Positions 45,941 through 59,069 of a DNA stretch of 64,000 nt are shown here, one piece after another. The notes below the pieces were generated by a model that had not been told where the DNA came from, did no database searches, and worked only from the letters and a program-made list of their open reading frames with translations. The DNA is taken from the NCBI RefSeq assembly GCF_009914755.1, contig NC_060928.1; one strand, given 5' to 3'. Within the stretch, counting starts at the first letter, position 1. Each line of letters opens with the position of its first letter. This stretch comes from the human T2T-CHM13v2.0 reference genome, Homo sapiens. A program made the position numbers and the translations under genes.

Positions 45941-46339
45941 GAATGAGGTCTGTCTCTTGTGTTCACCAGCGTGTTATCATCTTCTTGCAGACCAGCTGCA
46001 AAGAGTAGTAGCTCAATTGATTATTGTTCAATGACAGAATAAACAAATCAAGAAACTGGTTGATGAATGAAAAACATCTAGCAAGGAAACTTATGTTGAG
46101 CTCTAACCTTGAGCAAAGTGCTATGAGAAGCAAGGGTGTAGGTAAGGGAGGAATCATAGTGTCTTCCTAAATATCTTCAGAAAAAGTTGTCATTTCCCCC
46201 TTTGTTGTCCCACGAATAATACTTGTATCTCATGTATAATACACATAAGTTCTCTTCATATAGCCCAAAGTTGAGTCAATGTACAAAGTAATACAGCTCT
46301 ATTGAGTCATCTAAAATCTAGGTCAGAAACTGTCACATG

Positions 46340-47560
46340 TGCATATCAAAGGGCAGAATAAGTCCTACCACAACAATCACCCTTTTCCTTTCACCCATTG
46401 AAAACTAATGAAAGGACCTGGGGAGAAGTACAGGAGAGACAAGATTGGTGGATGTTCTTTTTCTCTCTCAAACTCTCCAAACTAAATTGGTTGTTGACAT
46501 CTGTCAGAGTCACTAATCAATATTTAGGGTACTTATAAAAAGGAAAGGCTTGCATCAGTTTCTTCTCCTGTAGACAGCTGAGCTGAAGAATACTCAGGTC
46601 TCCCTCAGCACGAGTCAGAAAATCTGTGCAGAACCCTGTGGAGTTGTGTCTGGGAAGAGTTTTCGAACATGAAGTTATGCCTGGGAAGAGGAAGTTTAGG
46701 AACATGAAGTTGTATCTGAGAAGATTTTAGCAACACATGAAGTTTAGGAACATGGAGTTGTGTCTGAAACGGTTTAGGAATGTGAAGTTGTGCCTAGGAA
46801 AAGGAAGTTTAGGAACACGAAATTCTATCTGGGAAGAGTTTAGGAACATGAAGCTGTGTCTGGGAAGAGTTTGGAAACATACACAATATTAGAGACTGGT
46901 TCCTGATTGCACTCTGGAGAATACCAAAGACTGGTGGAGGATTGGTACAGCAGCCCATGTGTGCAGAGAATGTGATGTAGCATGCCTGGGAAAAATGGGT
47001 ACAGCTCATCCCAAGTCCATGAAACACTCAGGGGATGTCAGAGAAGATCCTCATAGCTTTTTGTGAAGAACAATGGAAATTCTAAGGCTTCATGAACAGC
47101 TGAAAAGTCTAACATAGATAAAGGGGTTGTACATCCTCCATGAAGGCAGGGCCACAGTGAAGCTGAATATACACTCCCAGGAAAATAATGAGTACAACAT
47201 ACTCAGAAACAACCACGTCAGAGTGGGATCCAGGACCCCCTTCCTGTAAATAACCATAAACACAGGTATGAAGTATTTTTCTCCCTCCTTACTCTGCCTC
47301 ACATACCAGAGGAGCCCAGTCATAAATGACACAGGAAAGAAAGCAGAGAGTTTTGAACCTGAAATGTGATTGGGAATTTCAACGTCCTAACTTTAATAAC
47401 TAAAATTAATCAGAAAGTTATAGAAGATTCCCAATATGTGAATGGAGGCAAAGAAGCAGGGGAGGTACATAGTAAAATTGGAGACAGTTTGTAAAAGAAA
47501 TAAAACCGTCTTGTGTTTATGCTCCAATGAATCGAGGTATTTCAATAAACTGGTATGTTT
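46340..47560 (+). mobile_element. Ancient LTR (possibly Gypsy-type, LTR85/88/MamGypLTR-like)
   Basis: 3' end 'aataaaaccgtcttgtgtttatgctcc...ttcaataaactggta' resembles old Gypsy-like LTR ends; G-rich body. Confidence 0.4.
46638..46881. repeat. Degenerate ~31-35-bp minisatellite, about 8 units
   Basis: Consensus approximately aagttgtgtctgggaagag(gaag)tttaggaacatg. Confidence 0.9.
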
Positions 47561-49267
47561 CTGTTAATCATTGATTTTTTTTATCCTGCCTAATACGAGT
47601 CATTACATGCCTACACTCCTTCAGGGTTAAGATTATGCCTTACTTATTTCTGTAACAGCAACCCTGTTGCTGACATATTGACTGACATTCATCAAGTACT
47701 TGTTGAAGAACTGCTGTGCACATAAATTCAAATCTCCCTTAACAAAAGGTTAAAGAAACAATCATGGGAGTACAATGCCACCACTAGTGCACCTGTGCTT
47801 GGTAATTACCCTCTCTGCACGCACAGCTTTCCCTGATACATCGTAGAAGACCTAAACTAGGAAACTTCTAATAACCTCTACCATTTACTGTGGGGTTTCC
47901 TATGTGGATGTTATCCTATTTATTCCACAAAAAAGCCTACGGTGGTATTATTCTTCCCATCTCACACACAGGACAACGAAAGCTTTCAGAAGACAGGGGC
48001 TTGCTTCAAGGTCATACTGCTAGTAAGAATTGAACATGAGATTTCCCATCCCAAGACTTTGAGATTCCAAATCCTGCTCCTATTCCACCCTCCCACATTT
48101 TTCATAGTGCCTCATCCCTGAATTTGGAATAAGATCAAGGGTAGTACACACACCCCCTACTCCATCAAACATTCACTGGCTATCCATGGGATCAATATAT
48201 TGGCCTGGCAAGTCCATAGACAGACACAGTAAGCACGAATGCCTCAAATCCGGCATCACCCTGGGGAGTTAGTTGCAGGAAATTGCTTTCTTCCCTTTCT
48301 TCTTCTTTTTTTCTTCAGCAGTCAGTTCTAAGACACCTAGTAGAAACCATTTGCATTTTCTCTACAGTGGAGGAGACCCTAACCCTCTAATCATCAAGGA
48401 AACACATATAGGCTGAACAGCAACCTGCTGGTGGGAGATGCAGCGGGTGAAGGTGAGCAGAGGAATCAGTCTATGAAAACTTGAAGCTCTCAGCCCCATT
48501 CAGCTCTCAACCACTCAGGGAGGCCTGAGGACACAGAAAGGACCTGAAGAGGTAGGACCTGCCGAGGTAAGCCATTACCACGGCGGATGAAAATATCCCT
48601 ACGCTGTGGTGGAGAAGAGTCATTTTTCATCTGTATCAGGAATGGGGTTCTACTAAGCTTGTATTTGAAATTACACAATTAAATCCCCTGTAAGTCATCT
48701 CTGTTCTCTGAGCAGGCCAGTGATTTCTAAATGTAGACCACATAGGATGTGGCCGAACTGCCAGGATATTTTCGGGGACACTGAAACAGCTCCTTGATAA
48801 ACCCCTGCATAGCCTGGAGCCCAACAGGAGAGAGTTTGAGCCCTACTCAAAATCATGTTCAGTTTAAGTAACAGCTAAGAGTTGACTGCCTCTTATGGAC
48901 CATGCACTGTTTTAAGCACTTTAATTGATTTAGTGAATCCTCCCAACAAGCCTATAAAGAAATACCATTATTACATCCATTTATCCCACTGAGCAAACCG
49001 AAGAAAATGGGGCTTGAGTAATTTTCCCACGGTCACGGTTATCGACTGATTATTTATGTCTCTCCACCAAATTCACATGCTGAAATCCTAACCCCCAGTG
49101 TGATGGTATTAGGAGGTGGGGCCTTTGGGAGGTGATTGAGACTTAAGGGTGAAGCTCTCGTGAATGCGATTAATGCCCTTATAAAAGAGGTCCCAGGGAA
49201 CTTTGTTGCTCTTTCACCCATGTGAGGATACCTTGAGAAATCAGCCATCTATAGCCCAGAAGAGCCC

Positions 49268-49317
49268 TGTATTAGTCAGGGTTCTCTAGAGGGACAGAAA
49301 TAATAGGAGAGAGAGAG

Positions 49318-49351
<34 letters not shown>

Positions 49352-50683
49352 ATATGTATGTGTATATATACATATGTGTGTATATGTATGTGTATATATA
49401 CATATGTGTGTATATGTATGTGTATATATACATATGTGTGTATATGTATGTGTATATATACACATATGTGTGTATATGTATGTGCATATACACATATGTG
49501 TGTATATGTATGTGCATATACACATATGTGTGTATATGTATGTGCATATACACATATGTGTGTATATGTATGTGCATATACACATATGTGTGTATGTGTA
49601 TGTGTATATACACATGTGTGTATGTGTATGTGTATATACACATGTGTGTGTGTATGTGTATATACACATGTGTGTATGTGTATGTGTATATACACATGTG
49701 TGTATGTGTATGTGTATATACACATGTGTGTATGTGTATGTGTATATACACATGTGTGTATGTGTATGTGTATATACACATGTGTGTATGTGTATGTGTA
49801 TATACACATGTGTGTATGTGTATGTGTATATACACATGTGTGTATGTGTATGTGTATATACACATGTGTGTATGTGTATGTGTATATACACATGTGTGTA
49901 TGTGTATGTGTATATACACATGTGTGTATGTGTATGTGTATATACACATGTGTGTATGTGTATGTGTATATACACATGTGTGTATGTGTGTATATACACA
50001 TATGTGTGTGTATGTATGTGTATATACACAAATGTGTGTGTATGTATGTGTATATATACACGTGTGTGTATGTATGTGTATATACACACGTGTGTGTATG
50101 TATGTGTATATATACACACGTGTGTATATGTATGATACACACGTGTGTGTGTGTATGTGTGTATACACACGTGTGTGTATGTGTGTGTATACACGTGTGT
50201 GTATGTGTGTGTATACACACGTGTGTGTATGTGTGTGTATATATTTATATATTTATTTATATATAAATTATATATAATTTAATTATATATTAATTTTATA
50301 TGTATAGTTAAGTATTAGCTGATCACAAGGTCCCACAATAGGCCATTTGCAAGCTAAGGAGCAAGGAAAGCCAGTCCAAGTCCCAAAACTGAAGAACTTG
50401 GAGTGCGATGTTTGAGGGAAGGAAGCATCCAGCGCAGGAGAAGGATGTAGGCTGGGAGGCTAGGCCTGTCTCTCCTTTCACGTTTTTCGGCCTGCTTTAT
50501 ATTCTAGCCAAGCTGGCAACTGATTAGATGGTGCCCACCCAGATTAAGACTGGGTTTGCCTTTCCCAGCCCACTGATTCAAATGTTAATCTCCTTTGGCA
50601 ACACCCTCACACAGACACACCCAGGATCAATACTTTGCATCCTTCAATCCCAATCAAGTTGACACTCAGTATTAACCATCACA
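49268..50683. mobile_element. MLT2A1-type ERVL solo LTR containing an expanded simple repeat
   Basis: Termini 'tgtattagtcagggttctctagagggacagaa' and 'caagttgacactcagtattaaccatcaca'. Confidence 0.92.
49308..50305. repeat. ~1 kb (GA)n(CA)n plus TA/TG/CA VNTR with 30- and 28-bp higher-order units, ending in an AT-rich tail
   Basis: Units such as tatatgtatgtgtatatatacatatgtgtg (30) and tacacatgtgtgtatgtgtatgtgtata (28). Confidence 0.98.
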
Positions 50684-52771
50684 AGGCCCCTCACCAGAAC
50701 CAGCCATACTGGCACTCTGATCTCAGTTTTCCAGCCTCCAGAGCTGTGAAAAATAAATGTTTGTCGTTTAAGCCACCAGGTCTACTGTATTTTGTTATAG
50801 TAGCCGGAATTGACTAAGACAGTCACACAGCTAAGAATTAGTGCAGATGGGATTTGAACCCAGGTGACCTCATTCTTAAGAGCTACATCATACTCAAGTG
50901 AATAATGTCTCTGCTTTTACAGGTCTTAGTTAAAATTCACAGAAGCGTTATTTTCTGTGGGGGTATCTAATTAAGAAGTGAACTCAGAACTTGGCTTGAT
51001 GTTTCAGTACAGTGTGTAGCCCTGAGTAAGCAATGTGTTATGAAGAAGCCCACAGAGGAAATTTTGCAAGACAATCTATTTCTCTTTTTACCTTTAACTT
51101 GGATAGTTTATTTTTAAATGAAAAATGCTGCCTGCCCACCTGAGAAAATAATTTAGGAAAACATTTCTACCATTCTTGTTTCAATATACTTTATCCAAAA
51201 TGTGTGATATTTATAGACTACTTCAATTGGGGTAAGCAGTATTCCTGGGTTGACTTTTATGTGGGGAAAATGTATGCTCTTAAGGCATATAAAGATACCG
51301 GAGCATTCTTATTCCATTATCTTTTAATTAAATTGCCCTCTATTATCATCTTGAGAAGTAGAATTGTGAACTTGTTGAAGCATAGAATTGGGCATCCAGT
51401 ACTTTTGTCATAATCACTGCATCTTCTTCAATTCATTTGTCCTTCAGAGCTTTATCTCTTTTGTGCCTTTAATTACCATCTACAACTACACCCAGCTTTG
51501 AAACACAGTGCTCCTTCCACAGGGCAGCATCCAACAGGGGCATCCAGTGACATCCAAAATATTTTCAGTGAATATTCTAAGCAAGAAACAGAACAGATAC
51601 ACTTTTCTCAATATTAATAACACACACTAAGAACTGTTCCATGTAATTTAATATAAACTCTCATTTTATTGTGTATACAACTGCCTTCATGTGAAAAATG
51701 GGGCCAATGATAGAATAGTCCCTTTAATTCCCACATATGGTTGTGGTAAGGATTCAATGAATTCATGACATAAACTTCATGAACGGACTTAACACACAGC
51801 ATGTTCTATCAAGTGTCAGCTCTTGCTCTTTTTCTTTGATCTCTCTACTTGGAGGCTTCACAAGAATATCAAAAATAACATATCTAAAACTGAATTCATC
51901 CTGTTCCCTAGGACTACTTGCCATGCCACTACTCCCCTAACTTCTCTAACTCAGGAATAACATCATCATATCAAAAATCTGGTTGTAGGGTTGTCATCTA
52001 ATTATTCCTTTCTTGCATTGCCCAATTGCAAGTCTCAGAGTGGCTGCCTCAAAAATATATCTTGACTATTCATTATCTTCACCCAAAGAACCACCTCCTC
52101 CAATTTGGACTACTGAAATGCCTTCCTAAGTGCTCTCTCCAATTTCATTCTTAATCATCTCTTACCTTTCTCTTCATAGCAGCCAGAGTAATTTCTACCC
52201 ATGCAATGGATGGAAGTTGTTTCAATGATGTGTCTTTCTCAGATGTTCCAGAACAATGTGGAAAGCATGTGTGAATTGTACAAAAGCATCCTCATCCATG
52301 GAGAGCATTGTAATAAAAAAAAAAAAGCTCCATTTAATAGTTCTTAGAAGCAGCTGTCTTTCAAGGCATGATACCAACTCTACCTCCTCTAGAGGGTGAT
52401 GGGGAAACATAGCAGTTTTGAGAGACAATTTAAACACTAATTACTTCAACATGTGTCTGTTATAGTTACTGCTGCATTAATAGAGGCAAATAAGTTGACA
52501 GGTGATTGTAAAATACAAGACTATTTTAATATAATATGTGTTAGGATATTTTACTTCAGTCTACACATAATCATCCCCCATGCCAATTGACTGAGGAGAT
52601 TCATTTACCACTTCAGAGACTCCAGGAAAAAAAAAATTGCAGGCACCACATTTTTTAACCTCTTTATGAGAGCTTTCTAAATGAATAACATTATTGTACA
52701 AAATGTTTTAGGCAAATATGTGTAGAGCAAAATACATTTTCACCTGCCACCGTATATTCTGCAGCCTCAAC

Positions 52772-52918
52772 TTTTTTTTTCTTCTAGAGACAGAGTCTTG
52801 CCCTGTCACCCAGGCTGGTGCACTCATAGCTCACTGCAGCCTCTAACTCCTGGGCTCAAGCGATCTTCCGGCCTCCTGAGTAGCTATGACTAAATGTGCA
52901 TGCCACCACACACAGCTT
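52772..52918 (-). mobile_element. Alu monomer (FRAM or truncated AluJ)
   Basis: poly-T plus a single reverse Alu arm. Confidence 0.8.
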
Positions 52919-53284
52919 ACAGTATATTCTTTATGACTAATCCTTTCTACCCAAAGCAGTAAAAGAAAAAAATAAGACAAAAAATGCAAACTGCTCCTCA
53001 AATGCTCCTACCCTTACCCCATCCATCTGTAGCAAAGTGGCTAAAATCATGAGCTCTGGAGATAAATCCTACCTCTACTAGTTACTACCTATCCAACCAT
53101 AGGCAAAATTCTCCATTCCTCTAATGTTAAAAGCGTTATCTGTAAAGTGAGGATGAAAAAAAAATCACAATATGTATTTCATTAGATTATTGAATGGATT
53201 AAATAAGTTGATATTTGTAAAGTACTTAGAACATTGCTTAGCACATAGTAAAAAATATATATATTTGCTTATTTTTATTCCTGT

Positions 53285-53645
53285 TGCTAAGGTATAAATG
53301 TTTGTGTCCCTGAAATTCCATGTGTTGAATACTAACATTCAAGCTGATGGTGTCAGGAGATGGGGTCTTTAGGAGGTGACTAGATAATGAAGACGGAGCC
53401 CCCATAAGGGGATAAGTGCCCTTATTAAAAAAAAAGGGGGGGACACTATTCACCAACTGCAGAGAGCTAGCTAGCCCCTTCCACCATGTTAGGTTACAGC
53501 AAGAAGATTGGTCCTCATTGGACATCAAGTCCAGTTTGATCTTGAACTTCCCAGCCTCTAGAAACTGTGAGAAGTAATTTTCTGTTATTTATAAGGTACC
53601 AAGCTTATGGTATTTTGTTAAAGAATCCTGAATGAACTAAGACAC
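53285..53645 (+). mobile_element. MaLR LTR (MSTD/MLT1A-like)
   Basis: 'tgctaaggtataaatgtttgtgtccc...cccagcctctagaaactgtgag...gaactaagaca'. Confidence 0.8.
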
Positions 53646-53893
53646 CTATGGTCTTTATTTTTTATGTGTCAATGCCTCTGTGCTAGATGAGGTGATTAAT
53701 TCTATAGGTTGTGTGTGTGTGTCTGTGTGTGTTTACCACCGTCAAATGCTATATTTAGTATGAGCATGCACTGTTAACAGTGACTTGATATGATTTAGTC
53801 ATAAATAATATTCCCTGGAGCCAGGTTAAATGTAAATATGCATCAATTTTGGTAATTTGAAATGACTTAGTCCTCAATAATATTCACTCATCT

Positions 53894-54265
53894 TTTTCTT
53901 TTCTCGTTTCCTTTTCCTTCTTTGCTTCCTTCCTTCCTTCCGTCCTTCCTTTTACTTTCCTTCTTTCTCTTTCTTTTCTTTCAGACAGAATCAGTCTCTA
54001 TCACCCAGGTTGGAGTGCAATAGTACAATCATAGCCCACTGACACCTCAAACTCTTGAGCTCAAGTGATCCTCCTGCCTCAGCCTCATGAGCATATGGGA
54101 CTACAGGTGTGTGCCACCACACCTGGGTAATTTTTTTATTAATATTTTCAGACAAGGTCTTGCTAGGTTGTCCAGGCTGGTCTCAAACTCCTGGACTCAA
54201 GCGATCCTCTTACCTCAGCCTCCCAAAGTGCTAAGATTACAGGTGTGAGCCACTGTGCCTGGACT
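53894..54265 (-). mobile_element. Alu (AluJ-like) with CT-rich tail
   Basis: Reverse Alu body 53980-54265 preceded by (CCTT)n/(CTTT)n. Confidence 0.9.
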
Positions 54266-54934
54266 TTTTTGCTTTTTGACACCTTTACATGGAGGCTTTG
54301 AAGTACTCTTTTAATGATATATTGGATAATGTATTTCTTCCTTAAAACATTAATATGGATTTAGAATATCCAAAATGTATGATATTTCTGCCATGTTTCT
54401 TTGCCAACATTTTTTCCATCCTGTGAAGGGGCTCAGGTTTGGTATGAGTCTGAGCCTCTCTCCTCCTCCTTTATTTTCTCCACTCTTGAAAGAATGGAGA
54501 GACATAGACATATCTGGGTGGTAGTGTGGGAAGAATAAGCTGGCATGCTCTTCTCTGCTCACTCCTATTTTCACCTGCCTCACTGTGGTAGCCTTTCTTT
54601 GCTCCAGCCCTTCTTATGGATGGGTTAACAGTGTCTATCATTCTTGGGGTTAGGGTGTGAGCCCATTTGGCTCTCACACTAAACAGATGTTTTGGCTTCC
54701 ATGTTTTCCCTATTATTTCCCCATGTTTGTCCAGAATCAGATAAGAATGAGGTGCTATTTATTGTGTGTCCCCTAGACATTCCCAAAAATGTTTATGTGA
54801 CTGTAAGCTCTTGCATCTGATTTTTCCTGAAGTGTTGTCTCATTGAGCTTCTTTCTGACCTATGCAATAGCCACTATGACTTTTTTTTCTTATGCTTCTT
54901 TCAATTCTGTGAATATATCCAGTTCTTTTTCATT

Positions 54935-55270
54935 TTTGGCTTTTACACCTGCTAATGTTTTGCCTTTTTACTCTTCACTTACTTAACACTTATTCGTTCT
55001 TTAGGTTTCATTTTAAATATAAATTCTTCAGGGAAACCTTCTAAGTCAGTCTCGTGTTATTCCCTTCCATACCATCTAATCTTTTTCTTCCTATCACTTA
55101 TTTTTTGAAATATTTTCTGTCTATCTCCATTATCAGATTGTAAGGGCCATGAAAGCAAAGAGTGCTGTCTGTTTGCTTGACTAGTGATTTTTTTTTTATT
55201 TTTTGCATCATGCGTAGTGCCTTGCACATAACAGGAAGTCAATAAATATTTGTTGAATCCATGAATGACT
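54935..55270 (-). mobile_element. L2 3' end
   Basis: 'agattgtaagggccatgaaagcaa...tcaataaatatttgttgaat...gaatga'. Confidence 0.7.
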
Positions 55271-56511
55271 TCTGTCTTAATTTACTTGAACAACCACAAA
55301 TTCAACATATACTATGTGCAAAGAAGTCACTTTGCTATGTTAGTTATGTGCTCCTGCCCTCTGGAAGACTGTTTTCCAATAGAGCCAGTAGCAGCCCAGC
55401 TTGAAGCTATCAGAAAGTCATCTTCTCCTTCTCCTAACTTGGGGAATTTCCATGCTTTATTTGACAAATAATAACCAGCAAAGTGCACATCAATAAAGAG
55501 CCACTTATTAAAAGAATGAGCAATTTAACCAAAAATATCTCAAAAAGAGACTTCTATGTTAGATTTTATAACCACATGTAAATCACAACAGTATATGGAA
55601 AAACACTTAGATCATTATATTTCATTTATTTTGCATAGTTTGTCTTTCCAACAATATGGAAAACTTCTAGGAGGCAATAGTCCTAATTTCATCTCTGTAT
55701 TTTTTAAATGCTTAGTATTAGTTGGACAATTTGTAGGTATTCTGTAAACACATGTTGACTTTACTGTTCAGTACTGAAAAGTAAAATAAGGATGTTCTCA
55801 TTACTTATGAACTCAAATGTGAAGAGGAGTAGAGAGGCTTACATTTTAACTTCAGGCAAAATACTCAGCCACTTTCCCAACCCCCATAAAAATATTTAAA
55901 AAATGACAGATGCCTCACAAAATAAGTGGTATCCTAAATAATTTACTCATTGGTATAGCGGCAGCTCATTTCCCACAATCTGTAATGACATTTGTTTTTT
56001 TATTTAAAGGATAAGAATACAGCAGTGCTCATGTTATCACTAGGGTAATAATTATTGTTGCAAAAAGCAGCTCCTATTCTTGTGGTTGTTTTAAATTGGG
56101 GATTTAGAGGTGTAGGAAGAAATTATAGATTATTATTCTTTGCTTCTTAAGTGATGCACTCTTTATATACAACTGAAATAATTAATAGAAATTCAATCTT
56201 CAAGTTATTGTGACATATTTTAGGAAATCAGCAGTAATTATTTCCTATCTAATTTTTATAATCATTAGTAATCAGGTAAGAGTTTATCTTGTTTTGAAAA
56301 TTAAATTTTATTGAGCTTATAAACTACATTACAACAAAGAAAAATAAGGCAATTTTCTTATTACTAAATCAAAAACATTATCCAATTTTTTTTAACTGGA
56401 AGTTTTCTTCGATGAATGAATATGCAGATGGCATATGAATGGATGCCATCATATGATGAAAGGATCCATCATGAAAGGATGGATATGTAGACAAACATAT
56501 GAATAAGCACC

Positions 56512-56872
56512 TGATATGTTTTGGATCTGTGTCCCCACCCAAATCACAGCTTGAATTGTAATAATCCCTACATGTCATGACATGGACCCTGTGGTAGGTA
56601 ACTGAATCATGCAGGTAGGTTTTTCCAGGGCTGATCTTGTGATAGTGAATAAGTCTCATAATATCTGATGGTTTAATAAAGGGGAGTTCCTCTGCACATG
56701 CTCCCTCTTGCCTGCCGCCATGTAAGATGTCCCTTTGCTCTTCCTTCATCTTCTACCATGATTTTGAGGCCTCTCCAGCCATGTGGAACTGTGAATCCAT
56801 TAAACCTCTTTCTTTATAAATTATGCAGTCTCGAGTATGTCTTGATTAGCAGCATGGGAACAGACTAATATA
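56512..56872 (+). mobile_element. THE1 (THE1B-D) MaLR LTR
   Basis: 'tgatatgttttggatctgtgtccccacccaaatc...cagactaata'. Confidence 0.9.
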
Positions 56873-57809
56873 GCATTTAATAATATTCTCATCTGTATGT
56901 AACAAAATTGAAGTTATGCACCTTTCCTTGATTGATTGATATGTATATCAATCTATTCATATATATAGATTTATATATATATAGCTTATAACTTTAATTT
57001 GTCTTAATAATCATGTATCACCTATTGTTCTTGATATTGCACCACAAGGAACACAAGTGTGAAAAAGAATTCTATGAGATCTAGGGGTTCATATTCCAGC
57101 ACAATGGAGGCCATATTTACAGAGACTAAGTTAAACTCCATACATTTTCCACAAACAAAATTTAACAATTTTTAAGGAAATATTATTAAAGAACGCTGAG
57201 AGCACTCCAGGTTGTCTATGCTTCTACTCATTGAAACAACTCACTCCTCCAGTAGCAGATGAGTTTTAATGAAATGCCTGGGCAATGTGAGGAAATGCTT
57301 TTTCCTTATCAGATATAACCCACAACAAATCACAAAAGGGTACTTTTTAATAGTGTTTTCAGGGAACGGGTCTACCCCTACCCTTAGGCTGACAATAATG
57401 CTTTAAGCTTTTCCTACATACATCTGCACACTTAAGAGGAAAGAATTTGGCTTATAACATTTTAAAACTCATTAATTAGGATGCCACCATTACAAGGGTT
57501 ATGGCATTCAGATAATGCCTAGGCTGCCGTTTCCATTTGAGTAAAGTAATGGTAGTAAGTGAACATATACTGTCCAAGATAATAATGAATATGATTTGTT
57601 GGGTTGTTGATTATATTAAACATAAATACAAAACTGAATAGGACCTCCTAAGGGAGACCCTCAGTTATTCTGATATTGTTCTACTCATTCCCTTACCTTG
57701 GCTAATATTTTTTTTAAAACAAGCAATAAGAAAAAGATGAAAGAATCAACAATTCCTACCACATTGAGACGTGGAATCCTTGGCCTATATTACTTTTACA
57801 CTCATGGAA

Positions 57810-58025
57810 GATGTTGCAACATAATGGAAGGGGCATGGACTTGGGCCGCAGGAAGGACTTGGTTCAAATTCTGGTCCTGACATTTCTAGTGGGGTTGCCC
57901 TATTTTTTAATCAGTAAAATTGGACTAAAACCTATCTAAGGATTAGTATAAATGTGAAATAAATGATGGATGTAAAGAGCCTACCACAGTAGTTGGCATA
58001 TAATAGGTGTTCAAAAATTGTTAAA
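57810..58025 (-). mobile_element. MIR SINE
   Basis: 'ggttcaaattctgg...cagtaaaattgg...gttggcatataataggtgttcaa'. Confidence 0.6.
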
Positions 58026-58780
58026 TGACTCTTACATTGTAGCTGTTACAGACGTAAAATTCAATGGATAGAATAGAAACCATTTACAATGCCTTGAAAA
58101 ACTCAACTACGTCAGATTTAAAAACTGATTTGTATAATCACGAAAAGGAAAAGTAGGACAATCACATTAAATATTGTATAATCAGACTTTGCAAATTCAA
58201 TCTGAATTTCTTTCTAATTAGTCAAAATTAGTGAGGTATGGTTGTTGCATCTCTTAACTACTGTACCACAGGGTCCGGTCATCACCTGCTTCTATTTATG
58301 TTTGCTGTTCCCGTAAGGAATCCTCCTAGGTACAAGTCCCATTAATAGAAGCTGGAACATTGCCTAAATGAAAAATTTTATGTATTCCTTACTTCCTGAA
58401 GGAACTGCCACGGGGTCGGTCCTAATCAGCACTTCATTTTAATACAGTATCATCGAGTTCTAAGGATTAATTTTATAAACGATTAATGAAAGTACTTAAT
58501 TGAATGTCACTCTCTGCTGCCTTCAGCTATTACAGGTTGTTGCTCTCACTGATTCCAGATCGATGCTTTTTTAAACACTCAGCTTTGCAGTACTTTAAAC
58601 TACTTTGCAGTCTCTAAACTTCATTTAGAGACTCACCTGTGGCTCAAATAAAACAATCTGGGATTTGAGTTATTGTTGTTGTTGTTTTTGGAATGATTGT
58701 ACAATGCTTGACCAGCGACAGTTCATGTTGATTTCCTCCAACAGTTCATGTTTGCTTTCCTCCATAGAAACAGAAACTCA

Positions 58781-59069
58781 ACCGGGCATGGTGGCTCATG
58801 CCTGTAATCCCAGCACTTTGGGAGGCCGATGCGGGTGTATCACGAGGTCAGGAGTTTGAGAGCAGCCTGGCCAATGTGGTGAAACCCTGTCTCTACCAAA
58901 AATACAAAAATTAGCTGGGTGTGGTGGCGGGCGCCTATAGTCCCAGCTACTCAGGAGGTTGAGACAGGACAATCACTTAAACTTGGGAGGTGGAGGTTGC
59001 AGTGAGCCAAGAACGCGTCACTGAACTCCAGCCTGGGCGACAGAGGGAGACTCTGTCTCATAAAAAACA

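Larger units (their letters stand above)
49037..50821 (+). mobile_element. MLT1A-type MaLR LTR (49037-49267 plus 50684-50821)
   Basis: 'ccaaattcacatgctgaaatcctaacccccagtgtgatggtattaggaggtggggcc...gactaagaca'; perfect 5-bp TSD gtcac. Confidence 0.88.
48860..50890 (+). mobile_element. MIR split by nested MLT1A/MLT2A1 insertions
   Basis: MIR 'ttgagtaattttcccacggtcac' resumes as 'gtcacacagctaag...gggatttgaaccc'. Confidence 0.75.

Noticed and set aside
46638-46881. ~32-bp repeats that could be mistaken for a CRISPR array
   Set aside because: Units are contiguous and degenerate with no unique spacers, no cas genes are present, and the context is primate genomic DNA
49272-50277. Six overlapping ~250-310 aa ORFs (HTYI/CVYM-rich)
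   Set aside because: Artefact: strict purine-pyrimidine alternation cannot contain TAA, TAG or TGA, so every frame stays open; no coding signal
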